A stretch of DNA of 64,000 nt from Macrostomum hystrix. Its lineage: Eukaryota; Animalia; Platyhelminthes. Positions 26,380-38,762 of this stretch are shown piece after piece. The DNA is taken from positions 10,478,001-10,542,000 of the forward strand of contig CATNEN010000039.1 in NCBI GenBank assembly GCA_950097015.1, in the 5' to 3' direction. The stretch's first letter is position 1; each line of letters opens with the position of its first letter. The position numbers and the translations under genes are program-made. The notes under the pieces were generated by a model, which did no database searches, was not told the DNA's origin, and worked only from the letters and a program-made list of their open reading frames with translations.

Positions 26380-27820
26380 TATGTATTTGAACACGGCGGT
26401 GTTTCCGCAAGCGGTGGTTCCGCTCCTTCGGCAAGCCGTCCGCCCCAGACGAGGTTCCGGTCGAGGCGCTGCGGCTCCGCTGTGTGGCTTCCCAAGTCCC
26501 AGGCGCCATGAACCGCGTGCTCGCCAGCACCCCTGCGCCCACCGACTGGACCGTAGCGAACATTGTGCCGATTCCGAAGAAGGCCGGGACAACGTGTAAA
26601 GAAGATCACCGCGTGATCTCGCTCATGTCCTGCACCGCGAAGCTTTTCAACCAACTGCTTCTCGATCGCCTGCAGTCGGTGCTGGACCCGTAGCTCCGTT
26701 ACGAGCAGAACGGGTTTCGGCTGCAGCACGGTACAGTGACCCAGATCCTCGCACTCCGCCGTGTCATCGAGGAGGCACGCATCCGCCAGTCAACCCTGAG
26801 CGTCGTATTTGTCGACTTCTGCAAGGCGTTTGACTCGGTGTCGAGAACCGCGCTCTTACTCGTCCTTCGTGCCTACCGAGTCCCGGGGCAGCTAGTCACC
26901 GCTGTCATGTCGCTGTATCGTGACAAGCGCGCTGCTGTTGCTATGGCGGACGGCCTGTCCGACCTGTTTGCCACCTCGTCAGGAGTGCTGCAGGGCGACA
27001 CGCTGGCCCCGTTCGTCTTCGTGCTTCTCCTGGACTGGGTGCTTCGGACTTCGACCTCGCCCTCCTGTCCTCGACCGTCGAAGGCACCCAGCGCCAGATT
27101 GACAGGTTGGCTGAGGTGGCATCAAGCGTCGGCCTAAAGATCAACACGCTTAAGACCGAGGTTGCCGTGCCTAGGTGATCGTGCCGGCCAACATTCCAGC
27201 TGACCTGACGTGCCGCGGCGCAGACAGGCAGATCATCTCGCTCGCACGCTGCCAGCGGTTCACTTACGTCGGCGGTCTGGTGCCCTACGTAGAAGATGAC
27301 ATCCGGCGGCGCAGAAGACTCGCATGGGCGGCCTACCATTCGATCCGGGCCGTCCTCCAGTCCACAGCGCTGCCTGACCGCCAGATGGCACGGCTGTGGC
27401 TGGCGGTGGTCGAGACCGTCCTGCTGTACTACGCCGAGTCGTGGGCGGTGACGGCTACGCTGGAGCGGCAGCTGGACTCGGCACACTCGGGGCTGCTTCA
27501 TGCGACCTTTCAAGCTGACAAGAGCGTCGGGACCGAGGCTCTGTACGAGAGAGCCCAGCTGCAACGCCCATCCACCATCCTGCGCCAGCAGCGACTTCGA
27601 CAAGCGGGACACGTTATTCGGGCCGAGAGCTACTGCCGCCAGCCCGCCCAGGACGTCCTGCTGCTCACCCTGCAGGGCCTGTAAAGGCGCGGCCAGGCTT
27701 GGACCCAGCGCTACGTCGACTGCTTGCTGAGCGACGCCGGGGCGCCCGACACTGCCACCGGCGCGGACCATATTCACGCGCTGGCTCTCCGTCGCGCCAT
27801 CTGACGCTGCCTCCCTGACT
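26380..27820 (+). mobile_element. 5'-truncated degenerate non-LTR retrotransposon (RTE-like RT)
   Basis: IVPIPKK, RVISLMS, QNGFR, FVDFCKAFDSV, GVLQGDTLAPFVF; stops, and the YADD region is deleted. Confidence 0.9.
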
Positions 27821-28199
27821 TTTGGGGCTAGCGTCTCTTGTTGTTGTTGCGCGGTCAGAATCCCCTTCATTTCATTTACTGTTGATTTCCTCTGCATTTT
27901 TCTTGCTCTTAACTCACCACGAATGCTCACCCCGAATAATGCAAAGATATTATTGATAGTACGGTATATCTACATCCTCTCTCCACTTTTCCAATTGGTC
28001 ATTTGCTTCCTTTGCTTTTGTGCCCTTCATCCTTACTTTTCTCAGCGTTACTTCCAGTATCCGAGGGAGATTCGTACTCTTACTTTTTCTGTATTTACTA
28101 ATGATTACGCAACTTTGCCCTGCTTAACTTGGGTTCGTCCCAGTTATTGTCTCACAAAATAGCAAGTCAAAGGAAATGAAATGCTTTACTCCTCACACT

Positions 28200-28612
28200 C
28201 GACATCCGATTCTGCATCCGACATCCGATTCAGCATCCGACATCCGATTCAGCATCCGACATCCGATTCTGCATCCGACATCCGATTCTGCATCCGACAT
28301 CCGATTCTGCATCCGACATCCGATTCTGCATCCGACATCCGATTCTGCATCCGACATCCGATTCTGCATCCGACAGCCGATTCTGCATCCGACATCCGAT
28401 TCTGCATCCGACATCCGATTCTGCATCCGACATCCGATTCTGCATCCGACATCCGATTCTGCATCCGACATCCGATTCTGCATCCGACATCCGATTCTGC
28501 ATCCGACAGCCGATTCTGCATCCGACATCCGATTCTGCATCCGACATCTGATTCTGCATCCGACATCCGATTCTGCATCCGACATCTGATTCTGCATTCG
28601 ACATCCGATCCG
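28200..28612. repeat. 19-bp minisatellite (GACATCCGATTCTGCATCC)
   Basis: Tandem array. Confidence 0.97.
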
Positions 28613-28849
28613 ATGAAGCTGCCGCAGCCGCTGCCGCAGCGCGTGCGGGCTTTTGAGAGCCAGTTGGTTTCGCAGCCACGGGCTGACGCGCTCTTCCAGA
28701 ACGTGAGCACGCTCTTTAGATTTTTGGTGGAACCGCAGAGCAGAGACTGCAAAAGAGCCGAAAGGGGCGAGTACAGGATAAATTAAAAAACCCCTACTTG
28801 ATTGATAACTTAGTGGAAAGTAAATAAGAAAGTATTGCCCAATGTTAAC

Positions 28850-31155
28850 ATAAACATATGTTATAAACATAACATAAACGGAGTATCAACTCCGGGTTGT
28901 ATATTTGTTTTAAATATTTTTCGGCTGAATAATATTGCTTAAAGGTGTAATAAAAGTGGCTTAGCTTGCTTGAGTTTTGTGTCCTTCGTCTCACAATGGG
29001 TATAGAATTGAGAAACGAAACTTTTCCTGTGGTTTCTACAGGAAAGGTTTCTAGAGGACTAATGCCTCTGCAGTTCAGCATAACCTCATTGTTGATCTTT
29101 GCTTTGATTCCAACATCACTGTATGTTGGGTCCGCTAATAACTTGAACTTTATGCAGTCCGGGCGGCTTGTTATGGAGGCCCAGTATGACATGCTTCTTT
29201 TCTGGATGTTCCTCGGAGGCGTACAGAGCTATGCTTTCTATCATTGCTGTGCAGTACAGCATGAGCTGATTGTATCTGACCGCCCTTCTGCAACTCTCGT
29301 GGATTATCTCCAAAGATCACTAGATCATCGCAGTGCAGCAAGTTGTTTATTTGTTCATCTTTAATGAAGGTATCGCTGCGAAATGAATCCCTTAGCATTG
29401 TGTTCAAAGGATCTATATAGAGTGAGAAGAGTAGAGGGGATAGGGGACAGCCTTGTCTTTCTCCATTTGTTATGCTCCTTGCCTTAGTTGCTTGGCCATC
29501 TGAGATCTTCAGTTGGAATTTAGCTCCTGAGTACATGCTTTGTATTGCTTCGATTATTTCTGGGCTGACCTTTAACTCCCTAAGTCGTTGGAAAAGTGTT
29601 GGATGGTGGACCATGTCAAATGCGCTTTTTAAGTCAAAGAATACTAAGTGAAATGGCCTTTTGCGACGCTTTTTGCTGTGGATCAACGTCAAGAGAGTGG
29701 CAATGTGGTCTGAAGTTCGGTAGCCCTTTCTATTTCCTATTTGACTGGCTGAAAGCAAGTCGAGGGTGCGAATATGAGTTTCTAGCTTTTCATAGATAAG
29801 TGAGGCAAACAGGCGAGCCAGGGCAGGCAGCACGCTTATGGGTCTGTAGTTTTTGGGGTCACTACGGGAACCCTTTTTATAAATCGGTGTGATTAGGGCA
29901 TTTGACCGCTGTGCAGGAGTCTGGCCGATTCTTACGCTTGCGTTAAATAGCTTCAGAAGTATGGGTTTTAGCATCTCTTGTCCGTAGATAACGCTCTCAT
30001 TTGTTATAACATCTATTCCTGCAGCCTTTCTTCTCTTTAGCTTTTTGACTGCTCTATCGAGATCTACACAGCTAATTAAATCCTCGGGACTAACCGCTTC
30101 ATCTGTGCGATGCGGCTGGGTTCCCGAAAAAGGATGTGCGTTAAACACTTTGGTGAGGTTGTCCGCGTTGTCAGCGATTGGGGCTTGAGATCTGTTAAGT
30201 CTCTTGCTGGGGAACAGCAACTCTTCTGCTCTTCTAACACGGACCAGATGTTCGTCTTTGAGGTTCCTTTGAGGTTCCCTTTGAGGTTCCGTAGGCCGCC
30301 ATTTTCTGAATTTATGTCCATTTATGTCCATCTGCCTTGAGTTTCTTGAGCTGTTGTTTGTATTTTTCTGCTAGCCCATTATATTATGATGCCAGCGAAC
30401 TGTCAGTTGGTCTACGTCTTTTTTTCCTGGCCACTTACTTTTCCTTAACGCAAACAAAAAGTCCGCTCCGCTGCTGTTGAGTTTACCGTCGTAGAAGTGG
30501 ATTTCATGAAAGTCAAATGTTAAAAGCTGATGTTTAACACCATACTCACACAGATCTTTGTCGAAGAGTTGTTCTGTTCGTGTCGAACTGTCTGGGATGA
30601 TGAGTAGGTGCAGGCAATTCGCACCGTGTTGCCTTTGCCCCACGTCTATAGCAGTGACAGCTCTATATGCCCCTTACATTGATGGCTCATGGTTAAGGTC
30701 AATTTACAGACATTCTTGCGCACTGAAGTTTGGCTCTTGCAGTAACTTAATGAGCCTTTCTTGGGTGTTGTAGTAGACAACTCGAATGGAAGAGTCTGCG
30801 AAAGTCAATGGCTTTCCATAGCTTTGAGCTGACGACGACTATATCATGCTTTTCAGACCTTCTTTAACTCTCTGTTTGGTACAACTGTTGCTTTCTGCCT
30901 CAGCTGGTTTCGAGTCCCTTGCTGCAGCTCCTGATGCGTTCTCTGCATTTTTACTGGCACTGACTGCATCGTCACATTTTTTTGAAGAGGCTGTTGGGTT
31001 CACTGAGCGCGAGGCCTTCTCAGCATATGTTTCCCGTCCTGCTCCTTCATTCTGCGTCTTGGTGAACGCCAGCGCTTGCAGACTGACCAGTTCGCTCGAC
31101 CTTCTGCTCGAGGCTGTGGCTGATTTGTTGGCTCTAGTGTTTGGCTCTGTGGTTG
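28850..31155 (-). mobile_element. degenerate non-LTR retrotransposon (RT 29171-30331; upstream possible SGNH-esterase-like ORF1 remnant)
   Basis: KAAGIDVITNE, YRPISVL, FFDLKSAFDMV, RQGCPLSPLLFSLYI, LHCDDLV; no APE endonuclease seen; ORF1 call is weak. Confidence 0.8.
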
Positions 31156-31159
31156 ATAT

Positions 31160-33740
31160 CTAGTTGTAGCTCCCCTGCCAGGCCGCCGCTGGAGTGCTGG
31201 TGATGGTCATGGGCGGGGCGCTCGGCTTGATCGCCTTGCCAGACATTGCGCAGCTCATACTGTTCTTGATCGATGTCACTGTTGTCTCCAGGCCACCAGG
31301 CTGCGGCTCGGCACTGCTGCTTGGTCCTCACGATGCCGTGGTGCCCACTGTGTGCCATGTTGATGACTCGGCTTCTCAATGCGACCGGGATGACCGTCGC
31401 CATGCCGCGGGCAATGCAGCCGTCCCCCCACAGGTAGAGCTCGTCCTTGACAAGATGGTACTCCTGCAGCTTCCGGGGCAGTTGCTTCGGGGTGGGCCAG
31501 CCTTCTCGGACAAGGCGCGCGACTGCCTGCAGGGTTTCATCGTCCGCAGTTGCTCTGCGGACCTCCTCCGGGCTGACGACTCCAGTTAGCTGTGCTGTCA
31601 GGACTTGGCCGATCTCCAGCTCCAGGTGAATTATCTGCATGCCGTCTCGACAGCAGGTCGGCGACAGTGTTGTCCCGGCCACATATGTAGCGGATGCTGA
31701 CCAGCGGGTACGCTCGTCAGCCGTTCTGTCCACCTGAGGATGCGCAGCGACCGGACTCCTTGGCTGCCAGCGGTCAGCAGCGTGCTCAGCTTGCTGTGGA
31801 CCGTGTACACGGTTACCGGGCGGCCCTATGTGAACAGGTGCCACTTTTTGACAGCCCTGACGACCGACAGGGCCTCCTTCTCTCCGACTGAGTAGTTGCG
31901 CTCTGCTGCAGTGAGCGATCTTGAGCTGTAGGCGATTGGATGTTCCTCGCCGCCCTGGACTTGTGCTAGTACAGCCCCGATGTCGTGAGCGCTGGCGTCT
32001 CATCAGATGATTGTCTCCGCGCTGGTGTCGAATGGCTTTAGGACAGGTGCCGCTGTCAGTTGCATCTTGATCTTGTCGAACGCGTTGTCTTGCTCGAGGC
32101 CCCACGACCACGGCTCGTCCTTGCGCAGCAGTCTTCGCAGCGGCTCGGTTGTCTCCGCGTAGCCGCGTACGAATCGACTGTACGATCGAAGTTGGTCGCC
32201 CCCAGGATTGCGGCCGCCTCCTTGGCGTTGCCCGGCCGGGGCGTCTCTCTGATAGCCTTCACGTACGAGTCGATTGCCTGGATGCCGCTACCAGATATCC
32301 GGAAGCCGTGGAAGTCCACTGCGGGTTGCGCGAAGACGCACTTCTCATTAAGCGTGATGTTGTACTCACCTAGCCGCTCTTCTGTTAAACGCAGGTTGTC
32401 TTCGTGCTCCTTCCGGGTCTTGCCGTGCACCAAGATGTCGTCGACTGCGTTGACCGTTCCTGGCAGCCCTTGCAGGATGCGGGCCATGGCCTTCTGGAAG
32501 AAGCCCGCAGCGCTGCTGAGACCGAACGGTACGCGGCGAAACTGTTTCAAGCCCTCGTCTGTGATGAAGGCTGTCAAGTGCCGGCTGTCTTAGTGCAGCT
32601 CAATATCCGTTCTTCATGTTTAGCTTTGTGAAGACTTGCGATCCTCGCAACTCCGCTGCCAGCTCGTCGATGGTCGGCGTCGGGTAAGCGTCCGCGATGA
32701 CCGCTTTGTTGACGTCGCGCAGGTCAATATAAATTCGGATCTTTGCGTCGCTCTTAGAGCGTAGAGCGTTGCGTTGCTCACCCAGGAACTGGCGCTGATT
32801 TTCTCGACGATCTGTTCCGCCTCCATCCTGTCAAGTTCGGACTTTACCGCCTCTTTCATGGCTAGCGGTATCTTGCGTCGTGCCTGGACCACGGGGTGGA
32901 CACTTGTGTTCCTTGCAATACTGGCCGCCGCAGCGCCTGCACTTTTCGCTGTCCTTGTGAGCCTTATTTGGCCTGGCTCTGCAGTCTTCCGCTTTGAGAC
33001 GGCGTGTACTGTCTGCGGGCCGTGTGCTGCGCTCGATGCTTCTCCGATGATTTTGGCTTCCTTGATGGCGATCTCGATCTGTACCGCGATCCGTAGGGCC
33101 TTCTGCAGTGTTAGGTCGTCGGACTCCATGAGCAGCCTCTCTCGGATGCGTGGCATGCTCGTCTTCTCGATCAGCTGATCGCGCACTATCTTACTAGTGA
33201 GGTCCTTGAATGCACAGTCGGCTGCGAGCTGCTGGAGTTCTTGGACGTACTGCTGCACTGGCTCCCCTGGTCGCTGGTCTCTGCACCTGAACTTGTCGCG
33301 TGCTCCGATGACGCTCTGGTTCGGTACGAAGATCTTGTCGAGCAGCTCGATGAATGTCTTCATGTCGGCCGCTTCCACGTTCTCCGCTAGCCGTTGGCCT
33401 TCTTGTCCGAGACAGTGCCTAAGGATTGCCATTTGCCTCTCCTGTGACACTTTGCTCAGTTCGGTTGCCGCCACGTAGGTGATGAACTGGCTCTTCCATC
33501 TCGGCCACGGGCAGCTTGGCTCGCCCGGGCTGGCTAGGTATGGAGTTGGTGGGCTGAGACCTAGGTCTGCCATTCTCGTCGCCAATTTTGTGTATTTAAC
33601 ACAGTGATTGAATGTTGTAGCAAGCTTATAGGTTCTGCGACCCCGCACTCTATATTTATATTGAGAGGCATGCACGTGGTGAGCAAGTGTTACATAATAG
33701 GCAAGTACTATACACGTCGGGGCCGCGCGTAGGCGTTACA
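31160..33740 (-). mobile_element. degenerate Ty3/Gypsy LTR retrotransposon, 3'-truncated
   Basis: 5' LTR TGTAACG...ACACA (33740-33589) with TATAAATA; PBS TGGCGACGAG; gag (QRPGEPVQQY, VRDQLI); RT (RVPFGLSSA, VDDILV); integrase Zn motif (AHSGHHG...WWPG). Confidence 0.92.
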
Positions 33741-33794
33741 AATCAATGGACAGCAAATGAACTAATATACGCTCGTATCGCGTGGTCCACAACA

Positions 33795-33905
33795 GATCTT
33801 ATGTGTGATCGGGTCATCTCGCCGTCTGGCATTACCTACGATTGGCGCGAAATTAAATATCACCTGCACAGGGTTAGCCATTTCGATCCCATCACCAGGA
33901 AGCCT
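33795..33905 (+). pseudogene. STUB1/CHIP-like U-box fragment
   Basis: [29 protein letters not shown] matches the CHIP U-box; rest of gene absent from window. Confidence 0.65.
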
Positions 33906-33944
33906 TGTCAAGGATGACGATGGCCCAAAACTTTTCCTGACGTT

Positions 33945-34305
33945 TTTAAGAATCGATTGCTCACCTGTTTCTAAGAATCGATCAATTGTTTCTTAGAACT
34001 GCTCTTTTGATTCTAAAAATCGCTCCATTGTTTCTAAGAATCGATCTATTCTTTATGAGAACCGCTCTATTGTTTGAAAGCACTGTTTTTTCTATCGGAG
34101 AACCGCTCTCTTGTTTCTGAGAATCGCTCTTTTTCTAATAACCGCCATATTAATTGTTTCTAAAAATCGCTATCCGGATTCTAAGAATCTCTCAATTGTT
34201 TCTGACGAGCCGGGAATCTTGTCTGACAAGTGGCAAGTCTAGAGCAGGGAATCTTGTCTGACAAGTGGCAGTCTAGAGCAGGGAATCTTGTCTGACAAGT
34301 GGCAG
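33945..34305. repeat. degenerate ~21-bp repeats followed by three ~29-bp repeats
   Basis: TTTCTAAGAATCGCTC-like units; GGGAATCTTGTCTGACAAGTGGCA x3. Confidence 0.7.
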
Positions 34306-35045
34306 TTGTCTCTGCACTTGGGCATCAGGAATTTCTCGGAGAAGTCAGTCTTGATGAATGCTCGTTGAGCATACTTAGCCTGTTTTTCCATCGTTATTGC
34401 CGTAGGGCGATTTTCTGGGCTTTGAGCTCGCTCACAAGTTCTCTCACAATAAGGTGACTGGAAAAGGCTAACATTGAGTAGTTTTTGTAAGGCCAAATGT
34501 CGATGCTTTTAAAACTCGCGAAGCTGTAGCAATAGTGACACTTCTTGTATGAGAACAGTTATTGAGCCCCATCACCATATCAAGATTGATGCATGACAAA
34601 CTCTCCGATTTCACACTACTCAGTCACTTGAGCGCCGAATTGTGCTCAGCATCAGCAAAATAAAAACAAAACCACAATTATCAGACATTGTCAGAAAACC
34701 ACATGATCGGAAATGTAGAGTTTTTCCTCTACAATTCCATCGTTACCGCCGTAGGGCGATTTGCTGGGTAGTGAGTTCGCTAAAGTTCTCTCACAATTAA
34801 GCGACTCGGAAAAGCAGAAAAGCTAAAACTCTAGGTTTCAGACATAGACATGCTGAATTTTACTGCTCTCAATGCATCAGCTTAACTTCTGTGGCCAAAA
34901 CTGCCTGCTTTCACGAACTTTCACGACTGGACAGGGAATTACCCTCGCTTATAAGCCGAGATAGCTGTCTTTTGACACCCACGCAAAACATTCTTAGCTC
35001 AGGTTTCACTCAGCAAATCAATCGAAAGACATAAATAATCGAAAT

Positions 35046-35922
35046 ATGAAGTCGACCACAGCATCAACGATTATACTGCTGTTTCTGCTGCTGATCACGC
35101 TGACTTTGCTGACTGAATCTCAAGCAGCTGCTATCGGTGACAGTCAAAGAGCTCTTACAGCAGAGCAGTTAGAAAAACTGAAGAAAGCGCTATTGCGTGC
35201 TTTACAGTATGCCGGCCATCTCCGGTGAGAGCAGGCATGACGCCACATTTTAATATAAATTGTCTGCCCTATATTGACGTATTTGTGTCACTGAAATGGA
35301 CGTTCTTATGTTTGGAAAGGACAAAATATTGGCTAGTCATTTTAATAGATACTTCCGTCAAGAATGAATAAAGGAATGTAAATGTCCTTTACCCTAGCTC
35401 ACTGTAGTCTTTGTAGATTTGTATATCATGGTCTAAACACTGTCGGCAAACGAAATCATTGAGTCCATTATAATGGAATCAAATTAAAAAAGCGCAGAGG
35501 ACCATTTGTGCCGTATAAAAATGATGATAATGCTTAAGCATGCAAATATATATTTACTAGCACTCCGTCAGTGTGTTACTAAAGTGTTCGCACGCCACAT
35601 AAGTTCACTGTATACGAGTATTTAGCGCTTAAAAATGCCGCACGCGTTCTTGGCTTCAATGGTAAAAATACTCATTGACGCACAGGAAAATCAATGGCTA
35701 ATGTTTATAGATGGGAAATTAACCTAACCCAGTTGGGCCGAACGTACAGTCAGTGGCGACTCCTTACAGCTGTTAAGTTCAGTCCATATAGGCAAGAGAC
35801 AAACAGTCTGGCCGCAGTGAGGTAGAAGGAAATGTCAAATCACCGATCTCTAAAATACGTAATTTTATGTTTTTATTGATAAACCAAAACCAATTGTTTT
35901 TCACTTGCGCAGGTTTGGATGA
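35046..35922 (+). CDS. NPF/NPY-like RFamide neuropeptide precursor, 62 aa (exons 35046-35224, 35913-35922)
   Basis: Signal peptide + AAIGDSQRALTAEQLEKLKKALLRALQYAGHLR|FG*; phase-2 intron in the Arg codon of RF-G; terminal Gly amide donor. Confidence 0.78.
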
Positions 35923-36671
35923 AACACAATGGACTGGAATCGTTCCGAATAGGCAGAATGCAAGTCACCTTGGACTGCACTGACCAACAGAAGCTTGATT
36001 AACATACTTCTTTCAACAGAATCTAAAATATGACATTTTAAATAACTGAAAGCATGTGTTTTAGAAAATTTCTATAAAATCTAAGAATATCACTGATATC
36101 ACTGTTAATGTATTGGCTTTATTTCACTAATACCACCAAAGTTGTTGTGCAATGTTTAACCGCTCTTTATTGGCAATATGGTTTTGTCAAAGTAATTCAG
36201 ACTGGTAGCGTGTATCTGAGTGTCTAAGTATAGCTATTCTGGTAGCGTTTAGTACAATTGTCTAGTAGTCAATCTGGTAGCGTTTTCTATGGCCGCATTT
36301 TCATTTCTATGTATTCCTGTCCGCTCTTAGGCGTTACCAATGATCCAAGTTTAACTGCTTTCTCAGAAGTCAATGCGAACGTTCCTATTTATTCTTGCGT
36401 ATTACACCAATGCAAAACGTTATCTTTCCCCTGCTCTCGTAAAACAAGTAAAACTGAATTCATCACTTATAACAAATATTGTTTCGCGAGTGTTTCGCAG
36501 AAAAAATCAGTTTTCAAATCGCACATTATCAACTGACCTCCCTGCAGGAGTTTTTTAAAATAATTCAGCGAGAAAAACACAATTAGCAAAACAGAATACA
36601 ATAATTAAGGCGCATAGATAAAACTGAACAGTTACGCAGACAGGTTAGAACAGGTATATAATAACTACAAT

Positions 36672-37204
36672 AGTAGTAGGGGTTAGCAGAACACGGCCGC
36701 AGGAAATTCCGTGGAAATTCCATGGCATGCATTGTAGTTTGGAATTGGTGAGCAGTCAAGGTAAAAGGTATGTATTTATATGTCTGTATATACTATCTAG
36801 CTCATATAATATATAAAATGTGTATATCCGGAAAACATTGATATTTTGTGAGTATAGTTCTGAATCTTGAGTCTGATGAGATAGAGCTGTAGTATGACTG
36901 TATGCAACTCTGCCGCACTTGTACTGAGGAGATAAGCGACAATGCAAATTGATAGTAGGGGTTGGGTCTATGCTGCTGGGATGGCTGAGCCAATCAGGCC
37001 CTGGTAAGAGAGTTGTGCCCCACCTGCAGTGGAGCGCAGGCCGAGCCAGGTAAGAGATTTTATGATTTTATGGTGATATGGTTGTGGCTGTGGCAAGCGG
37101 GAAGGCAGATAATGGTGGAATGTAACCAATCGCGCTGCGGAGAGTGCGCCTGCATGCACACAGTGACTATGAGTTGCTGGGGGTGTGGGGGCGAAGCCCC
37201 CACA
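36672..37204 (+). repeat. left terminal inverted repeat (533 bp)
   Basis: Starts AGTAGTAGGGG; reverse complement of 61964-62459 with about six substitutions and two small indels by eye. Confidence 0.95.
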
Positions 37205-37674
37205 TTGTTTTCCTTGTTGAAAACAACCCTTTGTTCACTGCAGAGATAAGAGAGAAATGGCTGGCTTATCTTTTGTTGCTGCGTACGGCTGCAGTGGAGT
37301 GGAGAGGCCGATGGAGGGTGGGTGAGGTGTGAGGTGGGAGTTGGAGATAAGGGCCCCAGTCCGCATGGGTAATGAAAACTGATCTATGTCGGAGGAATAG
37401 AAATGAATTGGGAGGCTAGGGAATTCATTGATTAAGTTTTAAAAACTTCCGCGCTGCTCTTGTGCCGTTTTGTAGTATGAAAAATTGTTTCACGAACAGT
37501 TTTGAGGCGGTCTGTGAGTGCTTAAGTGGCAAGCAAATGGTTACAAAGGTGTGATGGTAAAAATAAAGCGGTTTGTAATATATGTCATCTATAATTATGC
37601 TGGTGGATTAAATAGGATCTTATCGGTTTATATTTATTTGAAGCTAGCAGCTAGCTTCTGATACCTTGAACTGG

Positions 37675-37682
37675 TATATAAA
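37675..37682 (+). promoter_or_regulatory. TATA box upstream of left-end ORF
   Basis: TATATAAA ~80 bp before ATG 37761. Confidence 0.5.
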
Positions 37683-37760
37683 CTGGGCAATTTTCTTTGC
37701 TCTGAGGCTATCTCTGTCTTTAATAAATACGCTCGTAAATAAAAAACGAGAAGCGAAAAA

Positions 37761-38582
37761 ATGTCTTCAGTTTGGCATTACGAAACTTGTTTGGATTGTA
37801 TGAAATGTCAGCAAGAAGGACTCCGATCCGATCGCCATGAAAAATGTGAAAAAGTGAAATGGGCAGTATGCTGGTAGTGCTCGGAGGTCTCTGTGTTCAA
37901 CGAACAAGCTGCTGCAGAAAATACCAAGGCTCATCGAAATCATCAGCTGCTCCCCGGTAATGAAGAAGCTGAGCGCTCGTTTCGGCGAATTGTCATGGGA
38001 GCAGCAAAGCGCAGCAAGAAGGAGAAAGATGCAGCAATACAAAGAATGAGGGCGCTCAGTCAAGTCATCAATGGAGTCATCAGATCCCGAGCCAGCAGCA
38101 CCAGCTCTAGTGAGGACTTTGTGACTCCAATTAGTGGTCGTCGTCACGACAAAGTCATCACCAATGCTGCTGCTGATGATGATAATGGTGAGGGGCGAGA
38201 GACTCAAGCTGCTGTGCAATCAATAGCGCCAGCTGTACTTCATGCTCCAGTCATCAGGGGCAAGCAGATGCTTCAACCCCCCAGCCCGATGATTGATGAA
38301 GAAGATGGTAGTGAATCCATGGATATTGAACCTGATGTCTTCGCTCTGATTGGTGATGTGACATCGTCTGCTTCGACTGGTGATCAAGCTGTTGCCAGTG
38401 GAGCTGTGTCTGCTATTACTGGTACTATTAGTTCTGCTGCTGCCTTGGCTGCTCCAAACGCTAGCAATGATCATGGCGACCTGTTGGCGGCGGCTATTGG
38501 GATCCCAGCTTTGACTGCCATCGATGCTGATGAGCTGCTGGCGGGCTTTGAAGGACAACAACAACAGCAACAGCCCGACTAG
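37761..38582 (+). pseudogene. left-end hypothetical protein, Cys-rich N-terminus + acidic low-complexity C-terminus; one in-frame TAG (37875-37877)
   Basis: MSSVWHYETCLDCMKCQQEGLRSDRHEKCEKVKWAVCW*CSEVSVFNEQ is in frame with ORF 37893-38582. Confidence 0.6.
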
Positions 38583-38711
38583 TGAAGCTGCTACTGCTAA
38601 CAATTTGACAGTGAATATTGTGCTTCCATATGTAACTGGTGCTGGCTATAATGTTCTGATTGAAGGTAACAAAGTTACGCTCACTCCTATTTAACTCTAT
38701 TCCTGCATTTA

Positions 38712-38762
38712 CACACACACACACCACACACACACACACACACACTCACTCACACACACACA
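38712..38762. repeat. (CA)n microsatellite
   Basis: Direct observation. Confidence 0.9.

Noticed and set aside
36663-36739. 9-bp inverted match (AACTACAAT/ATTGTAGTT) suggesting a terminal hairpin beyond AGTAGT
   Set aside because: Too short to distinguish from chance, and the right terminus is missing for comparison
36756-37249. Short ORFs duplicated at 61794-62404
   Set aside because: They lie within the TIRs, so duplication reflects the repeat, not coding conservation
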